Source: an uncultured Spirochaetota bacterium
Lineage (GTDB): Bacteria; Spirochaetota; Spirochaetia; SZUA-6; Fen-1364
Length of the DNA stretch: 64,000 nt
NCBI GenBank assembly: GCA_963734545.1
Contig: CAVTHO010000004.1
Coordinates: 192,001-256,000, forward strand
Direction: 5' to 3'
Notes under the pieces: generated by a model
What the model saw: the letters and a program-made list of their open reading frames with translations, nothing else
What the model was told of the DNA's origin: nothing
Database searches by the model: none
In this document: one piece after another, positions 22,575 through 34,664 of the stretch
Layout of the letters: the number at the start of each line of letters is the position of its first letter
How positions within the stretch are numbered: the stretch's first letter is position 1
Translations under genes and position numbers: made by a program

Positions 22575-24455
22575 ATTGAAGCGGGAGCCGGTCTGCGCAA
22601 ATGCCTCTTCCCTCAGCACCACGTTCGGAGCTTTGCCAGGCTCATTGGAGGCCATGGGATTCGGCCCCGAAATGACGCTCCTGGTTGCCTTGCCGGAAAG
22701 CTTCAGCGAACCGGGATCCACGGAGAGACTTTGCGGGCTTGCACCGGTGTTCACAATGGCCAACGTCAGCGTCTTTCTGTCCTCGGTGAGGGCCGCGGAG
22801 ACATCCAGCGTGCCGGACTGCCCCGAGAGGGCGACCGGGATCGAGCCGAAGCGGTTCCGATAGAGCTTCAGCGCCAGGCCCGTCGTGTCAAGAACGGCCG
22901 CTGTCCGGGAGGTCTTGATCGCGCCGATGACGTTGACCGTCTGCGCATAGTTGGCCATGAAGTACAGGTCGCTGTTCCGGAAGAACGCGTGAAGCGCCCG
23001 GGCAATCCCGAGCGCGTCCTTGAGGTGATATTGAACGCCGAGCTCGCCATAGACATACGGACCGTACCAGTAGTTCCACTCGTCCATGGCTATCCGGATG
23101 TCCCGCCCGGATAGCTCGGGAATCGATTGCCGGTACTGGTGATGCGCCTGGGCGATCCGGTCGATGTCGTCTGCGAGCTGCCGCGAATGGGCATCGACGT
23201 CCCTGATCTCCTTGCGGTAGATGTGCTCGCTGATCAGGTCCATCCGGGCCGCGCTCTCCTTCAATATCGTCTCGTCCCACTTCCCCACCGAGCCCACCCC
23301 GACCACGTGCGCGTTCGGGTCCACTTTGCGGATCGCATCCACAATGCTGTTGTGCTTCTTGACGTAGTCCTCTATCGGCATGTGGCCGAGCTGCCATTCC
23401 CCGTACATCTCGTTGCCCACTGCCCACCAGCCCACGCCGAAGGGCTCGGGGTGACCGTTAGCCGCGCGAAGCTTCCCCATGGGCGTGTCCGCCGCCCCGT
23501 TGAAATACTCGACCTCGTCCACGACCTCTTTCACTGTTCCCAGGCCCGTGTTGAGCGCCACGTAGGGCTCAGCGCCGATCATGGCCATCAGTCTCATGTA
23601 CTCGTGGATGCCCACGTCGTTCGGCTCGACCCCTTTCCACGCAGGGTTCTGCCGGGGCGGGCGACGGTCCCGATCTCCGATGCCGTCCCGCCAGTCATAG
23701 CCGCTCACGAAATTCCCGCCCGGCCACCGATAGATGGGAGAGTCCAGCTCTCTGAGCAGGGCGATGACGTCAGGTCTCCATCCTTCGAGGTTGTCCGCCG
23801 GCATGAGGGAGACCGCACCGACCTCGAAGGTCCCCTTCCCCTTTCCCAGGATCTCGATCCGCGCATTGTCGCTCGCTGACGGCGCCACAAAGCTCAACGG
23901 GAAAGTCTTGAAGCCCGAGCCCGTCTGGCCGATTGCGTTCTCAACCGCCTCACCTGAATCCGTGACGAGCCGCACCACAACGGATATCCCCGGGGCCTCC
24001 GACAGGACGATCCTCCCGGAATAGGTCTTGCCCTTCACCAGGGCGAGTCCCTCCTGGGAGATGCCGGCCGCGTTCGCGTCACCCGGCAGGCTTATGACCG
24101 GCGAGTGGATGCCGGTAAACGGGCTGCCCGTGTCCATGGTGACGGTGCCCGCGGGTCCGACGACCTTCCATGGCGAGGCCTGGAGGTAGTCATAGGGTCC
24201 CGATCCCCAGTAGGAATCTACAGCCGTCCCCCACGGGTGATAGCGATCGGTAACGAGAAAGAAAAACTTGCGGTCCTCCAGCATCTCCGCCCAGAGTCCC
24301 CCGTAGATGCAGCGGCCCAGGTGCTCGATAAACTGCCCGTAGAGGTACTTCGAGATCGGGGCGCCGGTTTTCTCCGCGTTGATTTTGACCTGGAGTGGAT
24401 CGCCTGAAGACTCGAAAAGAGTGACGAGCAGAAACAAGGCAATGAACATCCGCAT
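22530..24455 (-). CDS. Secreted GH51 alpha-L-arabinofuranosidase with inserted beta-sandwich/CBM-like domain
   Basis: Signal peptide; '[15 protein letters not shown]', 'RWPGGNF', 'GNEMYG', 'MDEWN', 'MANYAQTVNVIG'. Confidence 0.9.
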   Translation of the reverse strand: MRMFIALFLLVTLFESSGDPLQVKINAEKTGAPISKYLYGQFIEHLGRCIYGGLWAEMLEDRKFFFLVTDRYHPWGTAVDSYWGSGPYDYLQASPWKVVGPAGTVTMDTGSPFTGIHSPVISLPGDANAAGISQEGLALVKGKTYSGRIVLSEAPGISVVVRLVTDSGEAVENAIGQTGSGFKTFPLSFVAPSASDNARIEILGKGKGTFEVGAVSLMPADNLEGWRPDVIALLRELDSPIYRWPGGNFVSGYDWRDGIGDRDRRPPRQNPAWKGVEPNDVGIHEYMRLMAMIGAEPYVALNTGLGTVKEVVDEVEYFNGAADTPMGKLRAANGHPEPFGVGWWAVGNEMYGEWQLGHMPIEDYVKKHNSIVDAIRKVDPNAHVVGVGSVGKWDETILKESAARMDLISEHIYRKEIRDVDAHSRQLADDIDRIAQAHHQYRQSIPELSGRDIRIAMDEWNYWYGPYVYGELGVQYHLKDALGIARALHAFFRNSDLYFMANYAQTVNVIGAIKTSRTAAVLDTTGLALKLYRNRFGSIPVALSGQSGTLDVSAALTEDRKTLTLAIVNTGASPQSLSVDPGSLKLSGKATRSVISGPNPMASNEPGKAPNVVLREEAFAQTGSRFNLPAWSISIYRMELK

Positions 24456-24573
24456 GGCCGCCCCCTGCCGGGATGATAGACGAACAGCCCGCGGGTCTCA
24501 AGGGAGCGCACGCTCTCGGCTACGGACTGCTCGCGATTGCGTTCTGGCGTGGCTGTGAATGGAGAAAGGGCCT

Positions 24574-26229
<1,656 letters not shown>

Positions 26230-26267
26230 GGTGCTTTCCTTCGGGCGGGCCGCAGGTGCGGGGCGTG

Positions 26268-26322
26268 AAAAAAAGGGCGGCGCAGGACGCCGCAAATGAA
26301 AGGGCGGGCTCGAAGCCCGCCC
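26268..26322 (-). terminator. Two tandem intrinsic terminator-like hairpins after the sugar-binding protein gene
   Basis: GGGCGGGCT-CGA-AGCCCGCCC and GCGGCG-CAGGA-CGCCGC, each followed by T-runs on the minus strand. Confidence 0.65.
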
Positions 26323-26331
26323 CGCCATACC

Positions 26332-27360
26332 CTAGTAAACCGTCTTCCAATCCGCGATGTTGGCCTTGTCGAACTTGAACGGGGGGCCGAGCAGGACTTC
26401 GGTTCCGCCGTCCGGTGCCTTCGTGATCGTGTAGTCTCCAAGGCGTCCCGCCTTGAACTTGTCTCCGACCGCGCCGGTGATCTTCCCGGAAACGAGCGCC
26501 GTTGCCGTGTATGCGCCGAGGTACCCGACATCGATCGGGTTCCAGAGGAACATGTACGGGCAGACGCCGTTTTCAATGTAGGTGGCCATCTCGGACGGGA
26601 GCCCGAGGCCGGTGAGGAACACCTTGCCGCCGAGTCCCTTGTCCGTGAGCACCTTGCCCGCCGCGGCGATGCCGACGGTGGTGGGGGCAATGATGACCTT
26701 CAGGTTGGGGAACGACTGGAGGAGGCCCTCCGCTTCGGAGACCGACTTGTCACGGATGTCGTCCCCGTAGGCGACCTTCACGAGCTTCACGTTGGCGTAC
26801 TTCGGATCCGTGAGCTCCTTCTTCATGTAGTCGATCCAGAGGTTCTGGTTGGTCGCCTGGCTCGTGGCGGAGAGAATGGCGATCTCGCCCTTTCCGCCGC
26901 ACATGTCGTACGCGGCCTGGATCAGGGTGCGGCCGATCTTCTCCGAGTCCGCCTGGTTGACGTGCGTCAGGCGGCTGGCCGGGTTGACGCCGGAGTCGAG
27001 GGAGAACACCTTGATCCCCGCGTTCTTGGCCTTTGTGAGAACAGGCTGCAGAGCGTCCTTGTCATTTCCGACGATGCAGATTGCCGCAACTTTCTGTGAG
27101 ATAAGCTGCTCGAGTATCTGGATCTGCGCCTCAGCGGTCGGCTGATCGGGGGCGCGCAGGATTGCCTGGAAACCCTGCTCCTCGATGCCGGCCTTGAAGC
27201 CGCCCATCTGCTTGTCGCCGTACGGGTTGCCCGTATTCTTGAACACGATGGCATACTTGTCCCCGGTCTTTGCCGGTTCGGCGCCGCCGGTGGCAAATGC
27301 CGGCAGGGCGATGGCCATGATCCCGAGGACCATGACCGCTGTGAAGATGACCTTTCGCAT
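26332..27360 (-). CDS. RhaS-like sugar ABC substrate-binding protein
   Basis: 'KNTGNPY', 'ILSATSQATNQN', 'IIAPTTVGI', 'TGLGLPSEM', 'LWNPIDVGY' are typical of rhamnose/LsrB-type binding proteins. Confidence 0.85.
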   Translation of the reverse strand: MRKVIFTAVMVLGIMAIALPAFATGGAEPAKTGDKYAIVFKNTGNPYGDKQMGGFKAGIEEQGFQAILRAPDQPTAEAQIQILEQLISQKVAAICIVGNDKDALQPVLTKAKNAGIKVFSLDSGVNPASRLTHVNQADSEKIGRTLIQAAYDMCGGKGEIAILSATSQATNQNLWIDYMKKELTDPKYANVKLVKVAYGDDIRDKSVSEAEGLLQSFPNLKVIIAPTTVGIAAAGKVLTDKGLGGKVFLTGLGLPSEMATYIENGVCPYMFLWNPIDVGYLGAYTATALVSGKITGAVGDKFKAGRLGDYTITKAPDGGTEVLLGPPFKFDKANIADWKTVY

Positions 27361-27372
27361 AGACTCCTCCTC

Positions 27373-28413
27373 CTACGAATTGCTTGCGCCCGGTTGCTCC
27401 GGTGGGGTGATGGATTTCACCGCAGAGGGCACCGCGCGTTGAGTACCGCGAAACCTGATATTGAGAACGAGAACCGAGAGAATCAGCAAGAGCCCTACGA
27501 TTATCAATAGCACTTGCGCCTGTATGTTGACGAGCCCGAGCCCGTAGTTGAGAAAACCGATGATGAATATGGCGAGCAGCGGCCCCGCCATTCTCCCCTT
27601 GCCGCCGGATGTGCTCACTCCGCCCAGCACGACCATTGCAATGACCTCGAGCTCATAGCCCTGGGCCACATTGGGCCGGGTGCTTCCCATGCGCGACGTG
27701 AGGAAAAGGGCGGTCACCCCGGCCATGAGGCCCGTCAGCACCATCACGATCATGATCACCGAATCGGTCTTTATGCCCGAGTACCGGGAAGCGGTGAGGT
27801 TGTTTCCCATGCCGTAGATCTTGCGTCCGAAGCTCGTCTTGTGAAGGAGAAGCCCGAACACAATGGCGCAGACCGCGAAGACGATCAGGATGATGGGCAC
27901 TTTTCCAATGGAACCCCAGCCGAGGGAGGAATACCAGGTGGGGAACTGCCCCGAAGCCTGGTCCGTCAGTATCACGTATGCGATGCCGCGGAATATGATC
28001 ATCGTTGCGAGGGTGACGATGACCGAGGAGAGCTCCTTGAACTTCGTCATGAGAATGCCGTTCACGAGGCCGCACGCGGTGCCCACCGCCAGGCACAGGA
28101 GGACCGCGAGCGGCATCGGCAGGCCCGCGTTGTAGGTGACGGCCATGATCACGGCGGAGAGCGCGACGCTGGACCCCACGGATATGTCGATGCTCCCCAG
28201 GATGATGACCATGGTCATGGGCAGCACGAGAAACGCCTTGTCCAGGAACGACATCGGCGTGCCGAGGAACGTGTCCACGTTGAAATAATAGGGAGAGAGG
28301 GTGCTGTTGACTATGTTGACGGCGATGAAGATGAGGACGAGCAGCCACTCCCACTGGAAAAAGAATGTGCGCCAGCTCCACAACTTGACCGCCCGTATCG
28401 ATCGATCGATCAT
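27373..28413 (-). CDS. CUT2 sugar ABC permease (RhaQ-like)
   Basis: ATG 28413 (MIDRSIRAV); 'IDISVGS', 'IVTLATM', 'GYELEVIAMVVLGG'. Confidence 0.88.
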   Translation of the reverse strand: MIDRSIRAVKLWSWRTFFFQWEWLLVLIFIAVNIVNSTLSPYYFNVDTFLGTPMSFLDKAFLVLPMTMVIILGSIDISVGSSVALSAVIMAVTYNAGLPMPLAVLLCLAVGTACGLVNGILMTKFKELSSVIVTLATMIIFRGIAYVILTDQASGQFPTWYSSLGWGSIGKVPIILIVFAVCAIVFGLLLHKTSFGRKIYGMGNNLTASRYSGIKTDSVIMIVMVLTGLMAGVTALFLTSRMGSTRPNVAQGYELEVIAMVVLGGVSTSGGKGRMAGPLLAIFIIGFLNYGLGLVNIQAQVLLIIVGLLLILSVLVLNIRFRGTQRAVPSAVKSITPPEQPGASNS

Positions 28414-28424
28414 GACTTTCTTCC

Positions 28425-29412
28425 TTAAATAGCGCGCCTGCGGAGCGCAAAGCGCTGGTTGTTTCTCTTGACCAGCACGTTGGTGAGAACAGCGGCAAGG
28501 ATGACGACTCCCTGTATTGCCTGCTGCCAGAAGGGGGATACGTTGATCAGGGGCAGGGCGTTGTTCAGGATCCCCAGGAGAATGGTTCCGAGAATCAGCC
28601 CCGACACTTTCCCGCTTCCCCCGGAGATGCTCACGCCGCCCAGAACCGCCGCCGCAATGACGCTGAGCTCGTATCCCGTGGCCGTGTCCCCCTGCGCGGA
28701 GGCGAACTTGGCCACCCAGAGCACGCCGGCAAAGCCGGAGAGCGCACCCATCACGGCGTACACGAGGAAGATGATCCGTGTGCGCGGGATGCCCGAAATC
28801 GAGGCCGCGTCCGGATTGGATCCCACGGCATAGATCTGGCGCCCGGTCTTCATGTGGTTGATGAAGTAGAAGAAGACGAGATTGATCACCACGGCAAAGA
28901 TGATCAGGTTGCTGATTCCGAGCACCTTGCCCGTGGCAATCTGCTTGAAGCCCTCCGACATCTGGTACGAGCTGACCCAGGCGCCCTTGCTCACAAGGTA
29001 GGTGACGCCCGCGGATGATGTTCATGAAGCCGAGCGTGGCAATGATGGGCAGTACGTTGAACCGCGCGATCACGAGCCCTATGACGGCGCCCACCACCAG
29101 CCCGACCGCCGTGCCCTGCAGGAGCGATACAACGGGAGAAATCTCCCGAAACGAGTTCACCGTCAGCGCGCTGATCATGCCGGCCAGCGCAAGGGTTGCG
29201 CCGATTGAAAGATCGATGCCCCGGGTAAGGATGACCATCATCATGCCGACGGAGAGAATGCTCAGGATGGCCGTGTTGGCAAGGAGGTCCCGTATATTGG
29301 ACAGGGTCAGGAAGTTGTGGTTGCGGATCTGGAATATGACGCAGACGATCACGATGAAAAAAAGGAGGCCCAGCTCCCTGAAGCTCTCGGAAAGCGTGGC
29401 GGCCCTTCTCAT
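28425..29412 (-). CDS. CUT2 sugar ABC permease (RhaP-like; frameshift near 29005)
   Basis: 'TRGIDLSIG', 'IIATLG', then 'GRQIYAVGSN', 'GYELSVIAAAVLGG' in the 28425..28994 frame. Confidence 0.88.
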
Positions 29413-30915
29413 TTTGCCCCCACCGTTTCCGGAATTGCCGCGCGCAGGATCTGCTCCTGGGAGGAGGAGGCGGTATCCATGATCGCCGCGACCCTCCCTT
29501 CCCGCATGACGACGATACGGTCGCTCATGCCGAGCACCTCCGGCATCTCCGAGGAGACCATGATGATGCCGTACCCCATCTCGGCCAGGTCATTCATGAT
29601 GTTGAAAATGGCCGTCTTTGCGCCCACGTCCACGCCCTTTGTCGGCTCATCCAGGATCACGACCTTCATCTGCGCCGTGAGGATCTTGGCCACGATTATT
29701 TTCTGCTGGTTGCCTCCCGAAAGAGTAGCGGCAAGATCGAATACGCTGCCCGGCCCTCACCTCGAGCTTTTCCGCGAGCTCCTTGGTGACCATGTTCTCC
29801 TTTTTCGTATGGAGCCAGCCCATGGTGCCGAACTTCTTGAGGGTGGGAAGCGTGACGTTCTTGGAGAGCTCCCAGTCCAGCACGAGCCCCTGCCGCAGCC
29901 GATCTTCCGGAAGGTAGCCGATGCCCTTGTCGATGGCCTGCGCCGGATTGGCAATGTGCAGTTCCTCGCCGTCCAGCACCACGCGCCCGCTGTCCGGGCT
30001 GGTGACGCCGTAGATGGCCTCGCACACCTCGGTGCGGCCGGCGCCGATCAGCCCCGTGATGGCGAGGATCTCTCCCTTGCGCAGGGAGAATGAGACATCC
30101 TTGAAGTAGCCTGTCCGGGAGAGGCCCTCCACCTTGAAGATCTCCTCTCCGATCGTGACCGCGCGTTTCGGGAAGAACTGCGTGATCTCCCGGCCCACCA
30201 TGGCCATGATGACGTCCTCACGGCTGATCTCGTTCAAGTGCCAGGTGCCCACGTACCGCGCGTCCCGGAACACGGTCACACGGGTGGCCAGCCGGTACAT
30301 GTCCTCCATGCGGTGGGAGATGAAGATGATGGAGACGCCCTTGTCCCGCAGGCCCTCGGTGGTCCGGTAGAGGTCTTCACTCTCCCTGTTCGTGAGGGGC
30401 GCGGTCGGCTCGTCCATGATGATGATGCGCGCGTTGCTGGACAGCGCCTTCGCGATCTCCACGATCTGCTGCTGGGCCACCGAAAGGTTTCCCATGAGAG
30501 CGCGGGGGTCGAAATCCGCGTCCAGGCGGGCAAGCAGCTCCTCCGCCCTGCCGTGCAGGTCCTTCCAGTCGATCTTGCGCGTGAGGGGCTGAATCTTCTC
30601 GTGCCCGATGAAGATGTTCTCCGTGACCGACAGGTCGGGGTAGCAGGTGACGTGCTGGTAGATCGCGGCGATCCCGAGTCTCTGGGAATCCGCGGGGGTG
30701 TGTATCTCCACGGGCGCGCCGTCGAAGATGATCTGCCCGGCATCGGGCTGGTACACACCGGTGATGACCTTGATGAGCGTGGACTTCCCCGCCCCGTTCT
30801 CCCCGATCAGCGCGTGGATCTCCCCCTGCTTCAGATCGAAGTGAACGTCATCCAGCGCCCTGACACCGGGAAAGGTCTTCGTGATGTGGTGCAATTCCAG
30901 AATGCGGTCAGCCAC
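29409..30915 (-). CDS. CUT2 sugar ABC ATPase (RhaT-like; frameshift near 29750)
   Basis: 'GENGAGKST', 'IMDEPT', 'GLIGAGRTE', 'PEDR'; C-terminal 'LDEPTKGVDVGAK' and 'SSEMPE' are in another frame. Confidence 0.9.
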
Positions 30916-30930
30916 TTTTGCGATCTCCTG

Positions 30931-32356
30931 TCAACACACCTTGAGACATTCGATCCCCACGAGTCGGGAGAGCTTGTCGATCCGGTCCGCGATATGCCCC
31001 GTGCCGATTGCGCAATGGTGCGCGGGCCCGGCCTTCGACCACCTGTCGGTGAACTCCCGGGCCGACAGGGGAAAGCGGTACCTGCTGTTCGTGTTCCCGA
31101 TCTGGAGCGTCGGGCCGGGCACCGATTCGCCCTCCGCGGTGAGGAGGAAGGTCTTTCCGCCCCTGCCCTGCACCACGGAAAGCAGCGTGACCGGGCCGTT
31201 CCTGACGCTCATCTGGATGGAGAGGCCCTTGCCGGGCTTGCCGTGATAGACCGGAAGCGGCACCAGGCCCACGTCCCCCTCCGCGATGGCCGGGTGCGCC
31301 GGACCGTCGTGGCCCCACAGGACCACGTCATCGTCGTAGTCGATCGACGTAGAGCTCGGAGAAGGATCCGCCTGCGCCGAAGCAGTCCATGATCTTCATC
31401 GCCACGACGTTCTTCACTTCGCACTCTCCGGCCACCGGAACGTGATGCGCCGTGAGGAGCGTGTTGCCCGCGATGACCGAGGTGACGATGTTCTCGTGCT
31501 CGTTTCCGTCCACACCTTCGTAGTAGTATGCCATGGCCCCCAGCCGCTTGTCAGCAGTCAAACGGTCCAGTGCGCACGACGTGGCGGCCGCCCGTGCGAG
31601 CTCGCCGGGTGAGCACTCGGCGGACACCTTGAACTCCTTTTCGAACTGCCGCAGCTTCCGAGCCGTTTCATCCGCGCTCACCTGGTCACGAAGCTGTTTC
31701 AGCAGGTCCATTTCCAGGAGCTCGAAATGGCAGCCGAAGACCTCCGCAAGCTGGGTGACGTCGGTGTACACGTCGAGCATGCCGCCGTAGTAGTGGCCCA
31801 GGATGCCCACCCGGGTATCGCGGACCTCCTTCCGCACGATGACGGCATCCACCCAGGCGGCGATCTCTTCCCACGCGCGCCCTTCCTTCAGCCACCCGGT
31901 GACCAGGTGATAGTCGATTCCTGCCCTGTTGAATACGTTGGCAATCTCCGGCACGGAGCAGGCCTGGCAGTGGGCCAGCCATTCGCCGGTCATGACGCCC
32001 CGGTCCCCCAGCGCGTTGAACTCCTTGTAATTGATGGAAGAAACAGGCTGCAGGTTCAGCACGATGATCGGGACCTGCGTGCGCTGCGCAACGGGCAGCA
32101 CCGTGTGGGACAGGGCGTACGTGGAGATGTAGAGGAATATCGCATCGACCTGGCGCTCGGTGAAAAGGCCCGCCGCGGAGAGGGCTTTTTCGGGAGTGTC
32201 AACGAGACCGGCATCCACTACCTCCACGCGCTGCGAAGAGAGCCGCTCCGCGATATAGCCCTGGTAGCCCAGGAGCCGCTCCTTCAGTCCCTTGAATTGT
32301 GGCCAATAGGTATCAAGGCCTATGCCGAACAGCCCGATCTTGCCGCGGTTTCCCAT
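30931..32356 (-). CDS. L-fucose/L-arabinose isomerase family protein (frameshift near 31345)
   Basis: '[10 protein letters not shown]', 'GMLDVYTD', '[10 protein letters not shown]', 'GGSFSE', then 'GHDGPAH', 'YHGKPG', 'GPAHHCAIG'. Confidence 0.8.
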
Positions 32357-32449
32357 TCCGTCCTCGGATGATTATCCATGGAAGTCTCGACGCCGTGAAT
32401 GGACTTTTCCTGCGCGCAGATGGAGGAAACCCGAAAAGATGGACAAAAC

Positions 32450-32478
32450 TTGTCGAGAATGGGCAAATGTCGTATAAC
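32450..32478 (+). promoter_or_regulatory. sigma70-type promoter for the AraC gene (apparently leaderless)
   Basis: TTGTCG-17 bp-TATAAC; ATG 32486 lies 7 nt downstream with no SD. Confidence 0.55.
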
Positions 32479-32485
32479 AAAACGG

Positions 32486-33385
32486 ATGTCCCCGGGAGAG
32501 CTGAAAAACAACAAGGCATTCTTCCGCTACCTCACCTACAGCGAAGAAGACGAGAAATGGCAGATCGTCTGCACGGACGCCGGGCACAACGAGGTGGGAC
32601 CGAATACGATATACCCGCCGCACAAGGAAGGCCATCCGCCGCCTTTCCGGTCGGTCGCGGTGGGGCGGACCCTGGCCGAGTACCAGATCATCTACATTAC
32701 CAAGGGACGCGGGGTCTTCGAAACCAACCACAGAACGCACGTCGTGGTGCCCGGGTCGATCATGATCATTTTCCCCGGGGTCCCGCACTTCTACAAGCCG
32801 GAATACGAGGTGGGCTGGACCGAATACTGGGTGGGATTCAAGGGACCCCACGTGGACACCTTGTGCGAGCAGGGATTTCTTTCCCCCCGGAAGCCGCTGT
32901 ACGAGGTGGGATTGCAGAACAGCCTGCTCGCGATCTACGCGCAGATCTTCGAGGTCGTCGAGAATCAGCGGCCCCTCTACCAGGTCAGGGCGAGCTCTCT
33001 CGTCCTCACCCTCATCGCGGAGATACTCGCGCACGAGCGGAAGAACGTCCAGTACACCCACTCGGAGCAGCTTGTCCAGAAAGCCCGGTTCCTGATGGAA
33101 GAGAATATCTACAACGAGATCAACCTCAACGCCATCGGCGAGATGCTCGGCGTGAGCACCTCGCATCTGAACGCGGTATTCAAGTCATACACGTCCATGA
33201 CGCCCTACCAGTACTTCATCAGCATCAAGATCAGGAAGGCAAAGGAGCTGCTGGAGAGCGGGGGTCTCGCGATCAAGGAAGTGGCGTTCCGCCTCGGGTT
33301 CGACGACCAGTACTACTTTTCACGCCTCTTCAAGAAAAAGGCGGGTATCCCGCCGTCGCGCTGGAGCTCATTCGTGCATCAGTAG
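32486..33385 (+). CDS. AraC family transcriptional regulator
   Basis: Cupin-like N-domain 'EYQIIYITKGRG..GWTEYWVGF'; C-terminal 'IKEVAFRLGFDDQYYFSRLFKKKAGIPP'. Confidence 0.93.
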   Translation: MSPGELKNNKAFFRYLTYSEEDEKWQIVCTDAGHNEVGPNTIYPPHKEGHPPPFRSVAVGRTLAEYQIIYITKGRGVFETNHRTHVVVPGSIMIIFPGVPHFYKPEYEVGWTEYWVGFKGPHVDTLCEQGFLSPRKPLYEVGLQNSLLAIYAQIFEVVENQRPLYQVRASSLVLTLIAEILAHERKNVQYTHSEQLVQKARFLMEENIYNEINLNAIGEMLGVSTSHLNAVFKSYTSMTPYQYFISIKIRKAKELLESGGLAIKEVAFRLGFDDQYYFSRLFKKKAGIPPSRWSSFVHQ

Positions 33386-33406
33386 GGGCGGCGGAGGCGA
33401 AGCCGC

Positions 33407-34650
33407 CTACTTTGCGGCGCCGACGATGGAGTCGATGTCCGCGGCCGCTGATTCCAGGGCCTCTGCCACGCCTTCATCTCCCGAAAAGGCGGAGCGCAGC
33501 GCGCGGACCCAGCGCTCTCCGACCTTCAGGTAGCCCGGCACGGGCGTGATGAGAACCCGCGCGTCACTTTCAATAAGGCGCCGCGCCACGGCGTAGAAGT
33601 CACCCCACTGGGAGGCGAGCCTTCGGAAAAGGGGATCCTCCCAGGTGCTGCGCCGCGTGGGGTCCATGTTTCCCTCGAAGGCCGCACGCAGCAGGAACTG
33701 CTTGCCGGCCGCCCATTCGATGAAACGCCACGCGTTCTCCTTGTTCCGGGACCGGGAGTTCATCACGAGGGACCAGGTCCACAGGTTCGATACCCTGCGG
33801 CCCGAGGGCCCGAGGGGAGGCAGCGTATAGCCGACCTTTCCCTTGAGCGCGGACTTGGGATCCAGCTCGTAGAAAGCGACGTAATGGTCCGAGTCCACGA
33901 TCAACCCGTAGCGGCCGGCGGCGAAATCCATGGCAAGCTCATACCAGCGCTGACTCAGCCAGTCCGGGGGCCCTCCCCTGGCCAGCCCTTCCACGAACGC
34001 CGCGGTGGCGGCGATGCCGTCCGCGGAGGCGATTGCGCATCTGCCCTGGTCGTCGAAGTCGCGGGCGCCGTACGCCCAGAACTGGGTGGCGTAGCCCGTG
34101 TACATCGTGTGCCAGACCTGGGTGCCCCGCTGGGCGAATCCGCGCGTCAATCCCTTTGACCTCTGCTGAAGAAGCCCGGCGACTGCGAAGAACTGGTCCC
34201 ACGTGCGCGGAATCTCGCAGTGGTGCTGTTCCAGGAGGGCCGGCACGTACGCAAGGTTGTACGTCTCGCAATTCACCGGGATCTCCCACAGCGCGCCGGC
34301 ACCCAGCCGATCTCCGAGTTTTCCCGTCCATCGATTGTTCGTCAGGAGGGGCCCGAAGAAATCTTCGACGTCGAAATCGGCGCCGGCGCGCGCAAGGAAT
34401 GGATCGAGGGGTTCGACGTACTCGGCGCCGATGTGCTCCCACAGCAGCACCGGTCCCGACATGTAGACGTCGGCGCGATCCTCACCGTCCAGATACCCGT
34501 GGATCTCGTTGGAGAAGTAAAGATCGCTGGGGATTATCCGGAGATCGAGGTCCTGACCGGTGATCTGCCTGAACTCATCCGCATGACGGACCACTGAATC
34601 GACGAAGGCATCGGTATCCGGGCCGAAGAACCTGACCGGTGAGCTCGTAT
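33407..34650 (-). CDS. CUT1-type sugar-binding protein homologue with no evident signal peptide (start uncertain)
   Basis: 'YVEPLDPF', 'IPVNCETYNLAY', 'SNLWTWSLVMNSRSRNKENAWRFIEWA'; AGGAGG at 34655-34660 followed by ATACG (possibly a damaged ATG); first in-frame GTG at 34594. Confidence 0.75.
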
Positions 34651-34664
34651 CGTACCTCCTCTAG

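Noticed and set aside
27373-29412. 679-aa double permease ORF
   Set aside because: Frameshift near 29005 joins two separate permease genes
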